Source: Paraspadella gotoi (Eukaryota > Animalia > Chaetognatha). Taken from it: DNA of 64,000 bases. Both the position numbers and the translations under genes were made by a program. Below the pieces are notes generated by a model. The model worked only from the letters and a program-made list of their open reading frames with translations, searched no databases and was not told the DNA's origin. The DNA lies in contig CM119265.1 in assembly GCA_051294375.1 (NCBI GenBank), forward strand, positions 24,921,605-24,985,604, in the 5' to 3' direction. Every line of letters starts with the position of its first letter. The first letter of the stretch is position 1. This document shows positions 1-13,800 of this stretch, in pieces.

Positions 1-1690
1 CAAAAGCGCAAATGGCCCTGGATCAATCATTTCCCGCCAACGGCGAGGCCGCCTCGGAAACAGACAATCCCGCTCAAATGGCCCAGGTAGACAAATGGAC
101 AACAACATCGACTAATGACAATGATTAACGTCACATCTACGTTGTCTCCCGTTTTCCACTACCCCTGCAGGACTTGCTGCCCCCGGTGTTCGCTCTTGTG
201 AGCCAGTTCGTGGTCTACGCCAAGTCGTGCCTCTTGGGCCGCCTCGAGTCTTCGGAGGGAAAGCCCTTTGACGCAGAGACGCTGAAAGCGCTGGGGATGG
301 CGCTCTCCGTCGCCTCGACTCGCGCGCCGGCCAAAGTCTCGTCGTTGGGAATCTCTGTCATAAGTAAAAAGAATGAAGGGATTGGGAAGACTGGAACGTT
401 TTTAACTTTTCCATTTAATTCGTGACGGAGGGGACTTGACTCAATCCATCCGCTTTTGTTTTATTTCCAGGTTGGCTCCCCTCCTGCGTCCGTTCAGCGC
501 TCGAATTGTGGAACTCGAATGCCGGCCTCGGTTCCGCCCCGCAGGCTTTCCCTGCCGCCGGTGCATGGCGCAATCCCACCACCGCATCCGCCGTACTTTC
601 CCCGCACGAGACTTACCTCGACGACGTGCTTTTCGCGCACATCAGGTAGATTCTTTCTCTCTTTTTTCAAAAATTGACTTTTTCGAAAAAACTTTCACTG
701 GAATTTTACCCTCAGATCCTTATCCAACGAACCATCCTCCTCATCCTCTCACGACGGCCTCCGCCACGTCCTCCATTCTCTCGTCCGCCTCTCGGGCGAC
801 CTGGTCGAACTCGCCGCCCGCGACGACCTTGAGGCGGCTGAGGAGTCTCTCCGAGTGCTGCTCCCGCTGGTGCTCGACGCCACCACCGAGGGCCTCGTCG
901 ATTTCTCGCTCTCGACGCTGGAACGCGTGTTGGGCTCGGCGGAGAGCGACCCTTTTGCCGAGCGCCTTTATTTCCGCCTGGTCTCGCGATGCCATGACGT
1001 TTCGACGCTCTTCCAGGATCGCGCCGCCGTCGCTGCCACCCGCCAACGTGAAGTCACCACCGACGACCCGACCGACGGTCTCGACGAACGAGTTCTTCAT
1101 GAGATCTTCAAGTTTCTCGAGAGCAACGCCGACCGCGCGCCGTTGCAGTCCGCTTTGGCGCGGTTCTATGCCGATCGGGTGACGGATGACGTCGGCTCGC
1201 GAAGGAGGGGCAGCGACGTCGAAAAAGCCGACCTCGTCGACGCCCTCCTTTCAGCCGGAAACGAAAACCTTTCGCCCGCTTACGCCGGAAAAGTCCTAAA
1301 GTTCTTCAACCGGTTGTTTCAATTGGCGCAGGAGAGGTGTCCCGGTGCCGGTTGGACCGGGGGCCCTGTCGAAGCTGCCGTCGCTTCCGAGGATCCCTCA
1401 CCGCCGCCCCCGCCTCTGCCTCTCGCCGACGCGCCGCCGCCCATTCTATTGCCGCCTATCCTGGCATCGCCGCCGATGTTGGCCGCTCCGCCGCCGCCCG
1501 CCGTTCACCCGCTGATCCAGCTTACTTCCTCTTTAACGCGGCTGGCGCGGTTGGAACTGACGGCGCTGACGGATCTGCTGTCGGTGCTGCTGCTGGGGAA
1601 AAAGATCCGCCTCGGCGACGACGACGAAGACGAGAGTCCTACGCAAGAGATGTTTTCTTCCGTCGCCTCGTCCTTTGACGTCAAAAGCGC

Positions 1691-1741
<51 letters not shown>

Positions 1742-4700
1742 TGAAGGTAGACAGGGATAGGGGAAAATGAGAAGGTAAGTAGCGACGTTCGTGAGAGGAA
1801 TAAATCGAAGCAGAAACTACTATAATATGGTAAAGTATATGTAGTCGAAAATTTGACGAGAAAAAAGGAAAAAAGAAAGAAAAGAGTGAAAAAAAACGTT
1901 GTTGCATTCTCAAGAACAAGTGTTAAGACAACGCCTTACTTTTTGCTGGAAAATATGAAAGTTTTTTAATATAATGTTAAGAGAAAAAAGAGACTAAAGC
2001 AAGATCCTTCCAACTTTCCAGACCGACGCCCCCGACGTCACTTCTTCCCTCGATGTCTTCGTCCTAGAAAATCGCGGTCTCCTTCAAAAGATGATCAACT
2101 TCCTCGTGCGGGACTCTTCGCCGACGAGCGAGACTGTGGCCTTGGCTCTTCTCGAAGCCCTTATCCCTATCGGTCGTTTCATGCTGGACGAGAAGATCGG
2201 ATCCGATGAGACGACGACCCCAACGACCTCGTCCGCCTCTCCTCTTGTCGGCTTTCCCCAACTTATGGTCGTCATGGCGACGCTGGCCGGCGCCGGGCGC
2301 TCCGGACGCGGCCACACCATCCTCTTCTCTGCCTCCCTGGAGTGGCTCACCCTCTGCAAGCGACGCCTCGACCGACGTCGCCTCGTCGAAGTTCTTCGCT
2401 CAGATCTCGACGCTTGCGACGCAGAGTCGCGCGTCCAGGAAGGCGGCCTCGATTGCCTCTGCTTTCTCCTCTCCTATGTGGGCGAGATCCTCGGGGCCCT
2501 CAAAATGGCGTCTTCGGCGTCGTCTTTGGCTAAAGAAGCGCCGGCTGAGGGCGACGGCGCCGGGCAAGACTGGTTCCTTGCCGCCTCGACCGCCGTCGTG
2601 GACGCCGCAGATCTCGGCTTCCTTCCCTCCAACGTCGAGGCGACCGCGGTCGACGCCGCCGCCGTCGTCGATTCGGGTGACGAAGACTCTGAGGAAGAGT
2701 CGAGCCTCTGCAACAAAGTCTGCACCTACACCGTGACCCAAAAAGAGTTCATGAATCAACATTGGTACCATTGCCACACCTGCAAGATGGTCGACGGTGT
2801 TGGCGTGTGCACCATCTGCGCCAAGGTTTGCCACAAAGATCACGACGTCACCTACGCCAAGTACGGCTCTTTCTTTTGCGATTGTGGCGCCAAAGAGGAC
2901 GGCAGCTGCATTGCGCTGGTGAAGCGCCCGCCGCGAACGGCGTCGCAGGGGGTGGAAAATGTCGGCGCCGGTAAGACAGCAGTCGATTTATTTTTAATTC
3001 GCATGTATTTATTATGAAATTAGTATTTATTATGTTTTTTATAAATATTTGTGTTTTATAATATCATAAAACCTATTCAGAGATGACGATTTCAATCACT
3101 GATTTTTTTTTTTTTTTTTTATGGCTGCATACACTACGCCACGCTAACTTTCATCGTGTCGTCGAATCTCGATTATAATTTTTATAAGATTATTTTTTTT
3201 CTTCCTTGGTTTTGGTAAAGGAGTAAGTTTTTGCGCCCTTCATTAATACTTTTTTCCCCAAAATCCTTTTCTTTCCCCTCAGCGCCATCGACGTCATTCG
3301 CTCCCGTTTCTAACGACTCCGCTTCCCGCTCTGCCGCCGTCGCCGCCGCGCCGCTATCCGCAGCTGGCGCCGCTTATCACGATGACGGCATAGACGCCCC
3401 CTCTTCAGCCTGGGACCTTCAGCTGCTGCGGGCCCGGCAGAGCTTAGCCAAGGTGGTAGAGACGCAGCGAGGGCCGCTCGTCGAAGCCGTCGTCGCGTCC
3501 AACGTCACTCAGACCGTGTTAAACGTTTTGCAGGTTAGTGAGTATTATGATCGTGTTAATCAACTTCAAAGTTGAGAAAAAAACGCGCTCAGTCCTATTC
3601 GCGCGCAGTAAGTGGTCAATCGGTTTTTCTTTTATTCTTATTATATTACTTCTTTTTCAGGACATGATATTCGCTTACACTCGCGGTAACGCCGACTCCA
3701 AAACCCCGATCTTTCCGATCGGCAGCGCCGCCAAATCCATGCGCCATTTAAAAGATCTCCACACTCTTGAGAAGAAGGTGGAGACTGTGGAAAACCTGAT
3801 GACGCCGACTCTCGGCTCTCAAGAGGGCGCCTTCGAAAACGTCCGAATGAACTACAGTGGTGATCAAGGCCAACAGATTCGCCAGCTCATCTCTGCTCAC
3901 ATGCTGCGTCGCGTCGCCATGTGCGTAATGGCCTCACCCCTTGGCGCCGGAGCCGGCTCCGGCAAACGACAGCATCTCGCCGTCGCCCACGAAAAAGGCA
4001 AAATCACTATTCTCCAACTTTCGGCCCTCCTTCGCCAGGCCGACTCTTCCAAAAAAAAGCTGACCCTGACGCGGCTCCACTCGGCCCCCGTTCCATTCAC
4101 CGCCCTTTCAATCTCCAGTAACCCCTGCAACGAGGACGTTCTCGCCGTCACAGGTCTCCGCGATTGCCATGTGCTCGTCTTTGGCCCTTCGGGGTCCGTG
4201 ACCGACCACATCGTCCTTCACCCGGGCCTGGAGACGGGCAACTTCATCATCAAGGCACTTTGGCTGCCGGGCAGCCAGTCGGAGCTTGCCGTGGTCACGG
4301 CGGACTTTGTCAAGATCTACGACCTCGCCGCCGACGCGCTTAGTCCCCACTATTACTTTCTTCTTCCTACGGGGAAGATTCGCGATGCGACGCTCGTGTT
4401 TCCACCGGAAGGCGATGCCGCGCCCACCATTCTCTTCATGGCTTCATCGGGTTACGTCTATTCGCAAGCGATGGAAGATTTCTCCTGCGCACGACACGGA
4501 CCCTTTTATGTGACCAATGTTTTGGAGGTTAATCACGAGGATTTAACGGAGACGCCCACTTCCGGTGGCGGTCCCGGCGCCGGCGCCTCAACGACAGCGG
4601 TCGGCGGTGGCGGCGTTTCTCTACATTACTCTCACGCGCTGCAATTGCTGTTTTTCAGCTTCGCCTGTGGAAAGTCCTTCGCGGCGCCAATCAACGCCGC

Positions 4701-7700
4701 CATGACAGAATTAGCGCCGCTCTTTCCTATCGCTTTTAAGTCATCGGCGCCGGCCTCGTCCTCTAACAACAAAAGCACTAGCAACGGGAACAACGGACAG
4801 CAGCAGCCCTTGTGCGGCTGGAATGAAGTGGCGGGCCATCCAGGCCTCGTGACCTGCTTGACCCAAACGGTTAACAACCCCGTGATTCTCATGGTGCGGC
4901 CGCGCTCCATCGACGCTCAGGAGATTCGCGTGACGCCGACAGGCAAGGCCAAGATTCAAGATATGGTGGCCATTCGGCATCCGGCGTCAGGAGCCGAGCA
5001 TCGAACCACGCTCATCCTTCTATGCGAAGACGGTTCCCTTCGCATCTACATGGCCAACTCTGACGCCACCAATTTTTGGATCAACGCCTCTTCGCCGCTC
5101 CACGGCGGATCGTCCCAACTAGCCGTCGGTCTAGTCGGTCCGCCGCGTGGACCGAGTCTTCAGCGGAAGCGCGGCGCCGCCCATGGCCCTGGAGCCGAGA
5201 AAGGGTCACGGGGCAGCTCCCTCGGTCCCGCTTGCAGCAGCACTCGCGGATCGACGCCGGCCAATCCGACTGGAGGGTCCCAACAACCGGCGCCCCATTT
5301 CCCCGTGGATTTCTTCGAGAATTGTCAACAGACAAACGACGTGGAGTTTGGCGGTCGCGACTTGTTGGAGGTTTACAACGCGCAGCAGTTGAAACATCGC
5401 CTTCAGGTGACCGGTCTCTACGTGGCCAACACTAAGCTCGACGGATTCTCGCTGGAGATCAAGAACCCCAACCACGCTACCTCCGTCATGGTCGGACTTC
5501 GCGTGCAACTCGGCGTGCAGGCCGTAGAGAAAACCTGCACTTACTTGCGGGTGAGAAAAAACGGAAAGTTTCTTTTTTCCTCTTTCAACTTTTTCTGTTG
5601 TTTTTTTTTTCCTTTCCCCCCATTTTTTAATGTGACTTTTAAATTTATGTTTTTGATTTTTTCTTTCTTGTTCATTTTTGTTTTTATTTTTTATTCGAAC
5701 CCACTTTTGGCCCAGGTTTTTGGCCGAGCTATCCCGGTGCCCATCTTGACAAAGAGCCGTTGGTTTGATCTGCCCTTCACGCGTGAGGAGTCGCTCACGG
5801 CCGACAAGAAAATCACCGTCGAATTCGGTTCCACGCGACACGAAGGCTGCGTCAACATTGTCGATTGCGTCAGAGTTTTCGTCCTGCCGAAGGTCTTTGT
5901 CAACATTTTAATCATTTTCTTAACCCTGTCTGTATTATTTATACAATTTCTTTATAATATACATAAAATTGACAATTATTTTGACTCCAGGAAACTTTCG
6001 GATTCCCCGATGACGCCGACGATCATTCTTCATCCAACAGCCAACCAATTGGTACAAATAACTCCAACGCCGCCGACGTCGCCGGCGCTAGTCATCATGA
6101 CGAAGCTTCCTCATTGACCGCCGCCAACGCCGCCCAGCATCATTTTCAACAGCACCCGCTGACGCCGTGCGATCGTCTGCTCGCCAAGTCCCTCGATGCC
6201 GTTGAAGGCGCCCTGGCCAGCACCACGTCGACGCCCAGCAGGGAGCAGGAAGTTCGGCTGAGTGAGCAGAAGTCGATGGCGCTGGAAGTGGCAACATCTC
6301 TACTGGCGATTCCGACCGCAGTTCAAGTGCAGAGACAGATCAAAGGACTTCTGGCGGCGCTTCACCCTTCGCCGCTAGAGTATCACTCCCACAAGGACCG
6401 CGCCCAACTGGCGCACGCTCAAAGCTTCGTCGACTACTGGATGTCGGCGTCGGGGGGCGCTGAGGGAAGTCGCGGCGCCGGAAAGGAAGAGCAGATCGAC
6501 CCGGAGGCCTTTCAAAGGATCTTGGCCGTCGTGAGAGCCATAGCTGTACAGAGGCCGGCAAATTTGGTGAGTGGATTTCCTCGTTTCTGTCATCATTGTT
6601 GCCTTGTTGATGTTTATTTTAAATTAACCAAGTAGATTAATTAAGTGATATCAAAATCAAAGGTAATTTATAAACCCTGGTCACAAAGCTTTAAGAAATA
6701 AGTCACAATGCATGATAAAAGTTAAAAAATAATTGATTTCAGTCAATCTGAATAATTTTTTTTATGGTCGCAATTGCTTTGCGTTTGCAACGATTTTGCT
6801 GTGGTTTTGCACATAAGTGGCGTCGTCGTCGTTGTCGTCGGCGTTCCAAATTATAGATCGCCTTTTTTATGATTAAATTTGGGTGTATGAAGCTGAAAAT
6901 TTATATACAGCTTCTCATCATTGATGTGCTTAAAATTAAGTCTGGACAGTTATTAAATATATTTTGTTTACGTTTTATCAAAACTAACAAATTTTCTTTC
7001 TTTTATTTTCATATTTCTTTCTCTCTCTCTTTTCTCTTTTAATTACATGTCTCTCTCCCTCTCTCTTTTCCCTAGTCACTGATTCATAATCATAGGGAAA
7101 AAAACGAGCCTGCAGCTGGCTCTGCAGTGGCTCTTTCTTTTTCTCTCTTTTCTCCTGCTGCTTCTGTTGCTGCCTTTTGATTTCTTTCTTTTTTTCTCTC
7201 TCTCTCTCTGTCTCTCTCTATCTCTCTCTCTCTCTGCGTTTTTATTTAAAAAAAATTGAATTAGGATTGAACTCGTAAAATTAGGCATCGCATTCGTGCA
7301 TGTTATCATTTTGCTAATTTTCCTCGGTACTTTATTATTTTTTTTAATTGACAATCGCAAAATATATTTTTTTTTTATTTATAATTTAATTTTCTTTTCT
7401 CAAATTTTATTTTTTTAGTATCAAAATTTGTCGTCAATCCAGATTTTTCTTATGCGATTGCGATGATCCTTATGCTTTTAAGATTTTTTAAACTATTTTC
7501 CAATGTTACCCTAATTTCAAAAATATACAGTTAAAAATTTTGATAGTTTTTGTTATAGACTTGTTTGTTTTACTTTCTTTTTCGTTGGTTGAATAGTTTT
7601 AAACAGAGGTTTAATTTGTACAACGAATTTTTATTATTACATATGAAGACATATTTTTGTTCTTCCTACAGTGGCATATGACAGTTGTGAAATACTAAGC

Positions 7701-7767
7701 TTTGGCAAATCAAAAATTAAATAGAGAGAAGAGAGGGGAGAGAGAGACACAGAGAGAGAGTAAGGAG

Positions 7768-7832
<65 letters not shown>

Positions 7833-10800
7833 TCAATGAGATAAAGCTTCCAAGTTTTAGGTCAGATTGAAATTCAAGAAATCTTTCCAATTTTCGTTCT
7901 TTCACTCCCCAGATTTCCTCGACTTCCCGTCCTGTTTTCTCTGTCAAAAAAGAAGCGGATCGTCCCGACTCCCAAGCGACGCCGATGCCCTGGGTGCAAA
8001 AGTTGACGCTCGAAGAGAGCGAGCACTTTGCTTCTCGCTTGGTGCAAATCTTCTGGCGTCTCCTCCTCGCCCGGCCTCAAAATTCCGCCCTTGCCGCCGT
8101 CGGACTTCCGGGCTTGACTTGCGTCGAAGCCACTGTGCAGGTTGGAGTGAGAAAAAGGAGGCTTTCCTTTTTTCTTTCTTTTAATCTCTTTCTCTTTTTC
8201 CTCTATCCTTTTTTTCTTTTCTCTTCTTTTCATTTCTTTTTCTTTTTTTTTTCTTTTTCCTTCTTTTCGAACTAAATCATATTCCGTATTTTCTTCAGGC
8301 TCTAGTGGACGTGATTCACGCCTACACCGTGACCCCTTGCGAGGACGCGCCCACGGCATCCACTTCTCTTCTCGATGTCTTTGTGGATCCGATCAACACC
8401 CGATTGGCTACCAAGCTGTATGCTTCACTGCTGCTCTGCCCCGAACAGTCCGTCTCCTTCGCAGCCAAGTCTGCCCTCTTACGGATTTTAAAACCGAGTT
8501 CCATGACGAACGCCGGTGAGATCTCGCTTATTCTTTTTTTTACCGGTGGCTTTATTTATTCGCTAATGAGTGTTAGTGTTATAATATATAAAAAAAAATT
8601 TTCCACCAGGCGTTAGCAACGGCTCTTTCGGCCCGACCGAAGTCTCCGTTGGATCCTTTCAAGATGGCGGCGGCGGCGGAGGCGGTTCCGGTGGATCCGG
8701 TCACCGACGTCGTCGCCCTTCCGGCGGTGGCGCCTCTTCCGGTCCCCGCGGTGCCCGAAAAGTCTTTATTCCTTCTCCGCCACGCTGCAGCACCCCTGGC
8801 GCTGCCGTCGCCGGCTCTGTCAGCCTCGACGCCGACGACATGGACGACGATCTCGAAGACGTCATGGCCGATGACGACATGGAAGACGACGAACTGATGC
8901 AGACCCCGCCACCGATCGACATTCTGGCGCCGGGCAATCAAGACGCCGTTCTGATGATCGACTCTGGTTCCGTCGACGGCGGCATGCGCATCAATCTCGG
9001 CGAGGCGCTTCTCGCCTCCGGCCGCCGCGGGGGTCTTAGAGGCGCCTTACGGAGTCTTCGTGGCGCCGCCGCTGCAGCAGCCGGAGGTTCTAGCGGTCGT
9101 CTCATCGGACGCGGCGCCCGCGCTGAACGCAACGAGCTGCGCGCCGCGGCTTCGGCTTCTGGCGCTGCAGGCGGACGTGCTTTAGTTATCGCCGCACACA
9201 GAGGCCGCGGTCGAGGAGCGCCGTCGTCGAGAGGCCGTCCCGGCGGTGTCGGCGCCGGACGATCCCGATCCGGCGATCTCGATTTTCTCTCCGTCGAGGA
9301 TCTGGAGATGGACGAGAGCGATCTCATTCAACCCGATGACGACGACGACGACGATGTTGACGATGAAGATGACGTCGACGACGACGACGAAGAAGATGAG
9401 GACGAGGATGAGATGGTCGACGTGATCGAGGCGGACGGACGAAACCGCACCCTGGACCTAGAAGAGTTCTCTCAAGTTGCCGCCTCGAGGCCTTCGTCAT
9501 CCGGCGTTCCTCCTCCGCCTCGCCCCATTCGCATCCCCGACGCCAACGGATCCGAGTCGTCGCTGGGCAGTGGCGCCGGCGTCGAACGCTACGAGATCGT
9601 AGATCAAGTAGAGCCGCTCGGCGAAAGTGGCGCAGTTTCCGGCGCTAGTTCGCGCCACAGCGGCGCCGGCGCACCGCCTCCCGTTGATGCGGCGCCGTCC
9701 CTCGAGGCGTTGCTCGCCGGGCGCGGTCAGCAGCTACTCGGAGGCCCAGGAGCTGGAGTAGTTGGTTTTCCTCCCATCCTCGATATTCCTCCCGACGCTG
9801 ACGACGAAGCTATGATGGAGCTGGCAATCGCCCTCAGCCTTCAGGACCAGTCGGTTGGAGGCGGTGTCGCCGGCGGCGGACCTGGCGACCCACCGCCGCC
9901 GCTCAACCTCCTTCAAGACCTGCAGGCCTTTAGCAGCGTCGACTCCAACGCCTCTCGAAGCGCCGCGCCAAGTTCCATCGCCGTGGAGGCCCCAACATCG
10001 GCGCTCAGCGTTGGAGTCGTCCAATCCAACGCCAACTCGTCCGGGGCCGCTTTGATGTTGACAGGCGACGGCACCGGGCGATATTCGGACACGACTACCT
10101 CCGCCCCTGGCTCTGACGACGACGAAGGATCAACGGCCGCGACGGAAGGATCGACGCTAAGGACTTCACCCGCCGCCGACCGCGATGGCGGCGGAAGTCC
10201 CTCCGCCGCCGGTGGAAGCGGACAGGGCGCCTCTGAGGAAGGATCGGGCTCGGTGAGCGACGAGGATGCTGGCGTCTCCGCCGGAGATCCCAGTCGGAGT
10301 GGAAGCAGCGCTTACGGCGAAGTCGGGGCCGCAGCCGCCGCTCGGGGTGAACATCAGCGCGGCGGCGGCGGCGGCGGCGGCGGTGAACCGCCAGCATCGG
10401 CGGCTTTGTCATCCGAAGCGGTGGACTCGCGATCGACCGGCCACCCTACCGCCGCCGGCGGCGCTCCTCAGCAGCCCCCGCCCACCGGCGGCCTGCAACA
10501 AAAGCGACTACATCGGCTCCGTCTATTGCTGCTCGAAGATCTTCTGCAGTACATGTCGCACCTCAAGGAAGGCGGCGGGGTCCGCAGCATCCCCTACATG
10601 CAGGTGCTGCTAATGCTTTCCTCAGATCTCGATGGCGCCGAGGAGCGAGACGTCCGCGCCATGACGGGACTCTTGAACGTGTTGAGGAAACACCTCGACG
10701 AATTTCGAACGAGCGACTCGGAAGAGGGCGGCGAGGTTGCGCGTTTGGCCGTGGTTGACCGCAGCCCCGCCTCCGAGGTGGATCTCATCGTCATGCGCTT

Positions 10801-13800
10801 CTACAGCGTCTTGATGTCGCGAACTTCCTCTTCGAAATCAAAGTCGGACTCTTCCTCTTCATTCGCCTCTAACGCCACAGCCAAGTCTCTTCTCTCCGCC
10901 GACGCGATTCGCTTTTGTCTCAGAGTTTTGCAGCAACTTCTTCCCTATTGGACTGCGTTGGAAGTAACGTCGGCCGACACCCCACCGACCGCGGCACCCG
11001 GAGCCTCCACCACCCCCGCCGCCTCCGTTCCTAATTCTCCCGGCACGTTGATCAAGCCACATCCACCGGCGCCCCCTCCGGACATGTCGCCATTTTTTCT
11101 CCGGCAATACGTCAAGGGTCACGCCGGCGACGTCTTCGAGGCGTTCCCTCAGCTCTTAACCGAGATGGTGCTGCGCCTGCCGCTACAGATCAAAAAGCTT
11201 ACGGACGGCGCGGCAAAAGCGGCGGCGCTGCTGGACGTCGCCGACGGCGTTGTCAAGAGCAAAGTGGACGAGGCGACGCGCCTCGAGTCGGCGGCCACGC
11301 CCGTCTTCGATCAACAGTCTTGGTTCCGCGTCCTTTGCGAGTACATGATGACGCAGGAGACGCCCTTTGTTCGGCGCCAAGTCCGAAAGCTGCTGCTTTT
11401 TATTTGTGGCACCAAAACAAAGGTGTTTCCCGTGTACCAAAATTTATGTATATTTATGCAAGATTTAATAATCAATTCTCTCTTCAGTATCGCCATCTTC
11501 GCGACCTCCACGCCCTCGAGACGCACATGAAGCAACTGCGTCAACTCTGCCTCGACGAACGCTCCACCCAATTCCTGTCTCCATCCATGGCCGGCGGCGC
11601 TGCAGCCGAAGAGTCACGCCTGGGACGAGCACCCACTTTTATCACCATGGCCTATGAGACGAGGTTGGCCCTGATCGAGCATCTTAAAGCCTGCGCCGAA
11701 ATCGCCGGAAGTCGAACGGGTAAAAATGTGTGAGCAGCTTTTAAAAGTTTTTGATTTTTTTTACTTTTTTATATTCATGGTTTTTGTTAGACAATTGGCA
11801 AAAGTTTTGCCTGGAAAACGACGACGTCGTCACCTACTTGTTGACGGTTTCCTACCAATTGGACGAAGGCGTGGCACCTCTGCTGCTGCAGCTGCTGCAG
11901 GCTGCTCTTTGCAGCTCGAAATGCCAACAGGTCTTCTAAAATGCAGATAGTAAAGGTTTTGTTCAGTTTTAAGAACGATAAGATTTCATGACAATAGGAG
12001 GGAGGATCGACGTCTTCGCGCGCTTCGCCGACTCGGGCCCGATCTTCGACCCCCGCCGTTTCCGGCGCCACCGCCCCGGCGGCGACCGAAAAGAAAGAAG
12101 CGGAAAAGAACGATTCTGATACTGAAGGATGCGTCGGCGACGAGAACGCCTGCGTCCAACTCGTTCATCAGCTTCTTGCCAAATTGTCGGAGACTTGTTT
12201 CAAGACGGTAGGTTGCTACAAGAAAATAAAGAATGCAATAGATTCAACAGTGGCATAGATCTTTCCTTACCCTGATCTTCTTCGCGTTCGCTTAGGTGTC
12301 TCGTGCGCCGGATCCCCTCGCCCTCTTTATCCGCTCCTTTTTGCTCGAGTCGAACGCGACGGCGGTGAGATGGCAGGCGCACGCTCTGCTTCTCAGCATC
12401 TACAGAAACGCAACATTGAAAGATCGGGTCGGTTTTCTTTTAGTTAATCATGGAAGGCGGTGTTTTTACGATTCGCCTCTCTTACTTTGTTTATTTATTA
12501 TCTTAGGAAATGATCTTAGATCTCATGTGGAGCCTCTGGGCTGAGTTGCCCAACTATGGACGGAAGGCCGCGCAGTTCGTCGACCTCTTGGGTTATTTTT
12601 CCCTCAAAAGAAGCGACTTTGCCGCCGGATCGGGACGCAGCGGGGAAGAGAAAGGTGAGGAAAAGGCTGGCAAAAATATCGCGAATAAAGGACTTTTTTG
12701 TGACAAAAATGTTGCGATGCTTCGATTTCGATCCAAAATCCACATTTTCAATCTTTATCCTCAGCCACCGATTGCGAGTCGAAACTCTTGGACTATGTCT
12801 CCAAAGCCGTGGATGTGCTGCGTCGTCAGAACCACATCATCTGCGCCTCTCATCCCAACGCCAACATCTACACGATGCTGTCGGCGTTGGTCGAGTTTGA
12901 TGGGTTTTATCTCGAGTCGGACCCTTGCCTCGTCTGCAACAACCCCGAAGTCCCCTTCTCCGTAAGTCGAGTTCATAACGGTGCATCTGTTATCTGTATT
13001 TAAACTCCTTATTTATCAAGTTCCTCATTCGCTCCTTTTAGAACCTAAAACTGGCCGCCATCAAAGTGGACTCCCGCTTTACGACCACGACCCAAATCGT
13101 CAAGCTCGTGGGCAGCCACGTGATCTCTAAGATCGCCCTTCGCGTGGGCGACCTCAAGCGGACGAAGATGGTGCGCACCATCAACCTTTACTACAACAAC
13201 AGGGCCGTCCAGTCTGTCGTCGAGCTCAAGAACCGGCCTGATGTTTGGCACAAGGCCAAAAAGGTTGTTCTGGCCGCCGGACAGACTGAGGTCAAACTCG
13301 ACTTCCCGCTTCCCATCGTCGCCTGCAATTTAATGATCGAATATGCCGACTTCTACGACAACTTCACCGCCACCACGGAGACGCTACAGTGCCCGAGATG
13401 CAGGTGTGCTAGCGGAGAGAGAGAGAGAGAGATTGATTGATTGATTGATTGATTGTTGAAACCGTATTCTTTCTTCTCCCATCCAGTGCCTCTGTCCCCG
13501 CCAACCCCGGCGTTTGCGGCAATTGCGGCGAGAACGTCTACCAGTGCCACAAGTGTCGCTCCATCAACTACGACGAGAAGGACCCCTTCCTTTGCAACGC
13601 CTGTGGGTTTTGCAAATACGCAAAGTTCGACTACACCCTGACGGGGAAAGCCTGCTGCGCCGTCGATCCCATTGAAAACGAGGAGGACCGGAAGAAGGTG
13701 AGGAAAAAGAAATAAAATTTACTTTGATCAAATTTTATGAATAATTTTTTTTGGCTCTTCGTAAATGTTAAAAAAATGAATTGAAATTTTAAATCCCAGG

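Noticed and set aside
345-470. Possible non-canonical GA donor in an early UBR4 intron
   Set aside because: A canonical GT donor (ATAA|GTaaaa) gives the correct phase and peptide (LGISVISWLPSCV).
7672-7683. Possible 12-nt micro-exon (WHMT) after tcttcctacAG
   Set aside because: Donor ACA|GTtgtg is very weak and such short matches arise by chance.
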